Shown here piece by piece: positions 58,660 through 64,000 of a DNA stretch of 64,000 nucleotides (position 1 is the first letter of the stretch; every line of letters starts with the position of its first letter). The notes under the pieces are model-generated. The model ran no database searches and had not been told where the DNA came from. It worked only from the letters and a program-made list of their open reading frames with translations. Made by a program: the position numbers and the translations under genes. The stretch covers positions 62,001 to 126,000 of the forward strand of contig CP145424.1 in NCBI GenBank assembly GCA_036867785.1. The letters run 5' to 3'. This DNA is from Plasmodiophora brassicae. Its lineage: Eukaryota.

Positions 58660-59862
58660 ATGCTGTCCCCACGAGGCGGGAGTCCTGCCGGATATGGTGC
58701 GGCCTGGGTGCGACCGGCCGCCTACGCGGCGCTGGGATCCGCGCTCCTCGTATCCTCCGTTGTGTCCATTGCCCTGTTCGGCGCCGTCTTCATCGGCGTT
58801 GCCACCACTCTGGCGTCATGTGCGCTGCTCGGATACGCCTGGCACGAACACACCGAGCGTCGGGCGCATCAGAACGGCCACGAAACGTTTAAACCCATGG
58901 GTGCCCCTGTCGCTGCCGCCATCGTACTGGGACATCCTGCCAAGGGCGTCGCCGCCGCCGACGACGAGTCTGACGCACCGCCTGTCAGCACCCCCGATAT
59001 TCCCGACGTCGCCATCATCGTCGACCTGGATCTACCCGTCCCGGTCCCTAACCTGCCGGTACAGATTCGGATGGAACCTTTCGGCGAGTGCTCATTGCCG
59101 AACGTTCCCCGTGATGTTAAGAAGCAGACACGTCATGCGCTCGGCTTGGCTCACAGAGGGTTCCTGCTGAAACGGAGCGGCACGAAGGGGACGAGATTCC
59201 AGCGCCGGTTCTTCATCGCCCATGGCCGGTACCTGTCGTACTTCAAGGAGGCGACGGATTCGATCCCGGCGGGTTGCATCGACCTGTCGCAGGCAACGGC
59301 CCATGTGCCCGACGAGTCCACCCGCCTGCGCCCGTTCGAGTTCGTCGTCGTCGTCCACAACGGCAAGGCGTACCATCTGGTGGGGAACGATGCCGGCGAT
59401 ACGCAGCGGTGGACGACGGTGATATCGTCAGGGATCGCAGCATACGCCGGCCGGGCGCTCCCAGCAGACCAGCCGCCGCCGCCTCACCCGACAAGCTCAC
59501 TAGCCGCCGATGTGGAACGCTGCCGGCATCGAGGCGCTCTGATGAAAACGGGCGGCAACCATCAGACCTGGCACAAACGGTACGGCGTCCTCCTCAGTGA
59601 CAACTTGTCGTACTTCAAGAAAGAGCCCTCGAAGCGCACCGCAACCGGGAAGCGCCGGGGAGCGATTCCGCTGGTGGGCGCGTACCTGCTGGAAACGGTA
59701 GCGGCAGACAGGCCGCACGCGTTCGCGATCATGACCAGGGATCGACAGTACCTGATGGTGGCGCCCAGCGACAAGGAGCGCGCCGCTTGGTGTCAGGCGA
59801 TCCTGAGGGTTCTCGGAGAGCTGCGCGCCACCGTCGGCGACGGCAGAGCAGGGCGCAATTGA
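58660..59862 (+). CDS. Protein with an N-terminal hydrophobic segment and two PH domains
   Basis: PH1 HRGFLLKRS...FQRRFF...LSYFK...GCIDL...QRWTTVI; PH2 HRGALMKTGG...WHKRYGVL...LSYFK...RGAIPL...ERAAWCQAI. Confidence 0.85.
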   Translation: MLSPRGGSPAGYGAAWVRPAAYAALGSALLVSSVVSIALFGAVFIGVATTLASCALLGYAWHEHTERRAHQNGHETFKPMGAPVAAAIVLGHPAKGVAAADDESDAPPVSTPDIPDVAIIVDLDLPVPVPNLPVQIRMEPFGECSLPNVPRDVKKQTRHALGLAHRGFLLKRSGTKGTRFQRRFFIAHGRYLSYFKEATDSIPAGCIDLSQATAHVPDESTRLRPFEFVVVVHNGKAYHLVGNDAGDTQRWTTVISSGIAAYAGRALPADQPPPPHPTSSLAADVERCRHRGALMKTGGNHQTWHKRYGVLLSDNLSYFKKEPSKRTATGKRRGAIPLVGAYLLETVAADRPHAFAIMTRDRQYLMVAPSDKERAAWCQAILRVLGELRATVGDGRAGRN

Positions 59863-60029
59863 TGGGAGAGGCACCGGTTCCCTGCAGCCCTAACGATGAG
59901 TAAAACCGATATACGAACAAGTGGCGGCTGCCGTTGAGAGCCTCCGCCGCCAATTTGAAGCTTGAGATATTACACACAATGGCGGCAGGGATGTGTCTGT
60001 ACTGTGGTGTTGTAATTGTCGTGCGTTAT

Positions 60030-60398
60030 CTACTCTTCGTCTTCGACGTTGACCGTCTGCATCTTTTTGAAGTCGTCGCACTTGACGTACGTGACGAGCG
60101 TGTACAGCTTCTGTTTGGCATCCTCGTCCTCGTTGCGTTTGCGGTGCAGGCGAACGCGGACACGGTAGTGCACGTTGCGGATGCCCTTGGACCAGACGTG
60201 CTTGTTGAGGTCGGCGTCGATGCGCACGTCATCCGTCTTCATCATCTGCTTGGCGAACTTGCGGATCTCATCGACCGCGCGCGGCGCCCGCTTCTTAAAC
60301 GACACGCCATACAGGCGTTTGTGCAGGTTGATCGTGTACTCACGAGTCACGATTTCGCTAGCGCGCGTCGTCTTGCGCTCGGCGCCCGCCTTCACCAT
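60030..60398 (-). CDS. RPL31: 60S ribosomal protein L31 (eL31), intronless
   Basis: [33 protein letters not shown]...[20 protein letters not shown]. Confidence 0.98.
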   Translation of the reverse strand: MVKAGAERKTTRASEIVTREYTINLHKRLYGVSFKKRAPRAVDEIRKFAKQMMKTDDVRIDADLNKHVWSKGIRNVHYRVRVRLHRKRNEDEDAKQKLYTLVTYVKCDDFKKMQTVNVEDEE

Positions 60399-61020
60399 CG
60401 CTTCGTAACTGTCCCTGACGCCACGGACTCCGTGACGGACCACGCCCAGACCTATATGACGCCGCCCTAAGACTGGCGACCCCCCGACAGGTAGACACCG
60501 AGCTACTGCAGATTCATCGGTACCTGGCGCCGGGATGCCAGCTTGAATATACGAGATGCCGGCTGGCAGCACGTACATGAGGGCCGTGGGCGCCGTGGTT
60601 CTCTTGTGCTCTAGTCGTCGACCCGATACGGTTCGTCTTGCATCGCGTGCATGGCGCTGGCATGCTTCCTGCTCGAAGGCGAGGGGGCGACGGAGATGAA
60701 TTGATGGTCCGCTGTTTGTGGCACTCATGCACGCGCTGCGATACAATACGAACTACAACGTCTAACTGAAGTGTTGAACGACAATAGTAACGTCAATCTC
60801 GTAGAATGAGTCGTACTGGGCCATGTGGTGCGCGCTGCACAGAACGCAGTCGGTATCCCATTTGACCGGCATCCAAGGTCGACAGCTGCTTTGGTTTGTA
60901 GCCGTCATCAACACGGTGCATGCAAGTGGATTGTCGGCAGCGACCGCCGGATCCAGATACTATAGCAACAGGTGTGATTGTGCAGTTTAGTGGTTATCCG
61001 CGTGTGGCGTGGCAGCGCGG

Positions 61021-61479
61021 TTATGAGCTCATGATCAGCGTGATGTTATCCCCTTTCAGCAGGATGCGCCCGAGCGCCTTCCGGACCTTGGTCTTCTGCG
61101 ATATCTCGATGGCGTCGTCCAGGACGACGTTCATGTACTCGTCGAACCCCTGCACACGACAACGACCCTCAGCGTCCGGCGGTACGCCAGACGCGATCCT
61201 GCGACGTACAATGATCTGTCCCTCCAGGCGCATGTCTGTGTTCTCATACAGCATCAGCTGAACCCGCGATTTCTATACGACATCGAGCGTTAGGGAACAA
61301 AGGTTTGCGTCGCGCGAATCGACCATCATACGCTCTGCAGGAACCTGAAGATCAGCGTCTGCGACAACGTCGGGTCCGTTCAGTCAGCACGAGACACCGC
61401 GAGACCGAACACGACTACGTACGATGGGTTGTACCATGACCTTCTGGACTCGCTGCGGTGGGCGACCTCGACCCGACAT
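61021..61479 (-). CDS. SNRPE: Small nuclear ribonucleoprotein E (SmE), three introns
   Basis: [52 protein letters not shown]...[14 protein letters not shown]. Confidence 0.97.
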
Positions 61480-61654
61480 GGCTGCTGGCCGGGTGGGCAC
61501 GTATCGACACGCACGCACACGCCGCCGCCGCTCGTTTCGATTGTCAACGACGGCGACCCACGGACTCCGTAGCCACTGCTGCAGCTCCCGTTGATCAACC
61601 TATACAGTTGGCCCGCCACCATCATCGCCATGCCGTGCCAACAGTACCGCCGCC

Positions 61655-63373
61655 ATGTGCGGTCGAATGGCGCCGTTTCAGCAGATGCGCCACTTGGAAG
61701 ACGACGACGACGACGCCCTGTGCGCTTCTACAGCGCGGTTCGTTCCGAGTACATCTACGTATATGTTTGCGAAGTGGCTCCAAAGTGGAGCGCACGCGGA
61801 GTCCGCTACGGAGTCCGCCGCTGGGCCTGTGCAGACCAGCGCCATGGCTCTGGGGATCACCGCGGCGTCGAACGTCGTAGCCGTCACCAAGCCGGATTCG
61901 ATCGCGCTGTACTACGATGCCGATGGGTGTGCTGTCAGGCAGTGGACGCTGCCGGCATCGGTCGGGGAGCGTCTGACCGCTCCCGCGGTTGTTTCCGGGC
62001 ACGCCGTTCACGCCGTCGTCGACGCCCGGCAGATCGTGACCTTGACGGACGACCTGTCCAGCTATTCGTCGAGAACGACGGCGTCGCCCGTCGTTTCCCT
62101 GTCGCCGTGCTGCGCCGTCTGCGAGGACGGCGCCGTTGTCCGCCTGTCCGATCACGTGACGCTGACCAAGGTCCCGACGCCGGTCGCCGCCGTCCTGCAC
62201 ACGACCGACCCAGTTCACGTCGCCGTCCAATGCGGCGACGATAACCGGCTGGTCGTCATCGACACGAGCACCGTCCAGACCCGCACGTTCGACCTCGGCC
62301 TTGCACGTCCGGTCCGGTCCGGCGCGATCGACCTCGTCACCATGCAGGCCGCTGTCGTCACCGCCGACGACTCCTCACTGCGCTTCATCGATGTCACCCG
62401 CGGCCAGCAACTGTCGCAGGATGAGATCGCATCTGATGTCGTCGTCGTCCAAGCTGGCGGCGGGTCCGTGTTCTTTGTCGGCACGTGCGCCTGGTCCGGC
62501 GCGTTCGGCGTGCCGCTCCCGGACGTACCTGACGATGCTGTGGCGGTCGCCGCCGTCCACAACGCGACCCATTACGTTGCCCTGCATGCGTCCGGTGACG
62601 TTGCGCGTCACGCCATGCCATCTGCAACGCTGGCGTCCTGTATGCGGCGGCGGCGCGAGAGCATCGGCGAACAGGAGCGCGTCACCGACCTGTCCGCGTA
62701 CCTGGGCCGTCTCGGCGAACGCGGCCCGGCGAGCGCCCAGGAGCACCATCGGGTCGTGCGCGATTGCATCGCCCGCGCCGACTGGGACGCGTTGCGCGCC
62801 ATCGTGCAACGGTACGCGCACGACGTCCCCGACGGATTCTGGGCCGCCCTGCTCGACGCCGGCAGGCACGACGACGTCCTGGCGTTCCTCGGCAGCGTCG
62901 ACGTCGACGAACACGACCTGGTGGGCATCGTCGACCGCGTCGCCCCGCTGGCGTCGCCCGTCGCCGCGCGCATCCTGTCGCGGGCGCTCGCCCTGCCGAC
63001 GACGTCGTCGTTCCTGGTCCCGTCGCTGGCCCGCATGTCGCCCGCGTCGTCCGTCGCCCTGTGCGCGCACCTGACCGGCGCCCTGCGTCGACTGCTACAC
63101 GGGCCGGCGGGCGCCGCGGACCTCGGCCTGCACCTGCAGTGGGTCGCCGACCTGCTGGACGCGCAGGCGCCCCGCTTCATCCAGGACGCGCGGTACCGCC
63201 CCGCCCTGAACGACCTCCACGACCTGGTCCGCCAGGCGACCCGATGCGTGCCCGTCGCCGCCGACCTGCTGTCGCTGCTCGCGGCGACGACCGCCATGAA
63301 GCAGCCGTCAGCGGTGGCAGCGGCGACGCCCGCGCATGGTGGGCCGGCGCGCATCGAATCCGTTGTCTGGTAA
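61655..63373 (+). CDS. NOL11/Utp8-like nucleolar protein (beta-propeller-like N-terminus, helical C-terminus)
   Basis: 572-aa ORF with coding-like codon usage. QWTL...LTAPAV N-terminal motif and C-terminal FLVPSL...QWVADLLDA...LHDLVRQ...RIESV resemble NOL11. Start codon uncertain. Confidence 0.55.
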   Translation: MCGRMAPFQQMRHLEDDDDDALCASTARFVPSTSTYMFAKWLQSGAHAESATESAAGPVQTSAMALGITAASNVVAVTKPDSIALYYDADGCAVRQWTLPASVGERLTAPAVVSGHAVHAVVDARQIVTLTDDLSSYSSRTTASPVVSLSPCCAVCEDGAVVRLSDHVTLTKVPTPVAAVLHTTDPVHVAVQCGDDNRLVVIDTSTVQTRTFDLGLARPVRSGAIDLVTMQAAVVTADDSSLRFIDVTRGQQLSQDEIASDVVVVQAGGGSVFFVGTCAWSGAFGVPLPDVPDDAVAVAAVHNATHYVALHASGDVARHAMPSATLASCMRRRRESIGEQERVTDLSAYLGRLGERGPASAQEHHRVVRDCIARADWDALRAIVQRYAHDVPDGFWAALLDAGRHDDVLAFLGSVDVDEHDLVGIVDRVAPLASPVAARILSRALALPTTSSFLVPSLARMSPASSVALCAHLTGALRRLLHGPAGAADLGLHLQWVADLLDAQAPRFIQDARYRPALNDLHDLVRQATRCVPVAADLLSLLAATTAMKQPSAVAAATPAHGGPARIESVVW

Positions 63374-63421
63374 ATTAAACACGCGCGCCTTGCTGTATGG
63401 GGTCGACCGGGCCAATGCCGT

Positions 63422-64000
63422 CTAGAGCGGGTCGTACGAGTCCAGGTCGTAGACGAAGCGCTGCGCGCCGGCGCCGCAGTTGACCGTCACCGCGTCCGTC
63501 CATTCGTCGTCGTCGTCGTCATCAGCAGCGGCGCCGGGTTCCGGGTCGAGGCCGGCGTGCCGCGACAGGATATGCTTCAGGCTGACGGTCGGGTACCACC
63601 GGGCCGACGACGCCAGCGACGCGTTCGGGAAGGCCGTCCCGACCAGGTCGCCGTTCCTCGTGAAGAAGACGGCGTCCCGGTCCCAGTCGACGCCGCACCC
63701 GACCGTGTCGCCCGGGCCGAACCGACACGCGAACGCCTGCAACGCAGGCGGGTCAGGCACGACCTTCGTCATTACACGAGGGCGGCGTCGTCTCGGCTAC
63801 CGCTCCGCTGCCGTCGTTGTGGAACTTGAACCCGTCGTCGCCGTGGTACCCGAAGCTGGCGCCGCCCGAGGGCCACCCGACAAAGATGCCGGGCAGGCCC
63901 GCCCGGAAGTCGTCGTCGCTGATGCCGACGCCGACCGCGTGCGGCTGGCGCACGACGGTGCACTCAAAGTACGACAGCGCCGGCCGGCGACGACGTCCGG
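63422..64000 (-). CDS. SPRY-domain protein (RanBP9/10/Ssh4-like), 3' part; begins beyond the window's right edge
   Basis: YFECTV...VGVG...VGW...SFGYHGDDGFKF|...FGPGDTVGCGVD...VFFTRNG..VGTAF...WYPTVSL. Confidence 0.85.

Noticed and set aside
60399-60746. 116-aa N-terminal extension of RPL31 in the ORF track
   Set aside because: It starts at a non-ATG codon and has no similarity to eL31; the normal-length protein begins at ATG 60398.
1-64000. tRNA, rRNA or prokaryotic operon, promoter and terminator features
   Set aside because: None recognisable by eye; spliceosomal introns and gene content show a eukaryotic nuclear locus. A tRNAscan/Rfam run would be needed to exclude small RNAs.

Overview
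This is eukaryotic, GC-rich, gene-dense genomic DNA with many short (about 55-75 nt) GT-AG introns. The style suggests a compact flagellated protist such as a phytomyxid (Plasmodiophora-like); that is an inference, not shown by the sequence. Most long ORFs in the supplied track are antisense or off-frame shadows, so genes were rebuilt by reading exons. Core genes in order: axonemal dynein heavy chain (5' part), SHPRH/IRC20-like SNF2-RING helicase, RPL23A, EF-hand protein, TrhO-like rhodanese fused to an O-methyltransferase, TM2-domain protein, FPGS, UVRAG/Vps38, ARP1-like actin, RPS27, MFI/C11orf65-like IQ protein, NF-YC, clathrin heavy chain, DUF676 hydrolase, ABCB transporter, GET4, AIR1/ZCCHC7-like, 7TM protein, MORN protein, ATAD2/Yta7, double-PH protein, RPL31, SmE, NOL11-like and a SPRY protein. 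Three less GC-rich accessory islands (about 8.9-11.6, 15.5-23.1 and 28.8-32.1 kb) carry hAT and mariner remnants, four long hairpins, local duplications, copied fragments of neighbouring genes, a duplicated micro-protein and a three-member family of secreted proteins with MIU-like ubiquitin-binding motifs. The best candidate for a new system is the intronless, apparently mitochondrion-targeted TrhO + O-methyltransferase fusion (12897-14696). It mirrors the bacterial two-step U34 -> ho5U -> mo5U tRNA pathway (TrhO then TrmR) in one polypeptide. Coordinates of spliced genes span start to stop and include introns.
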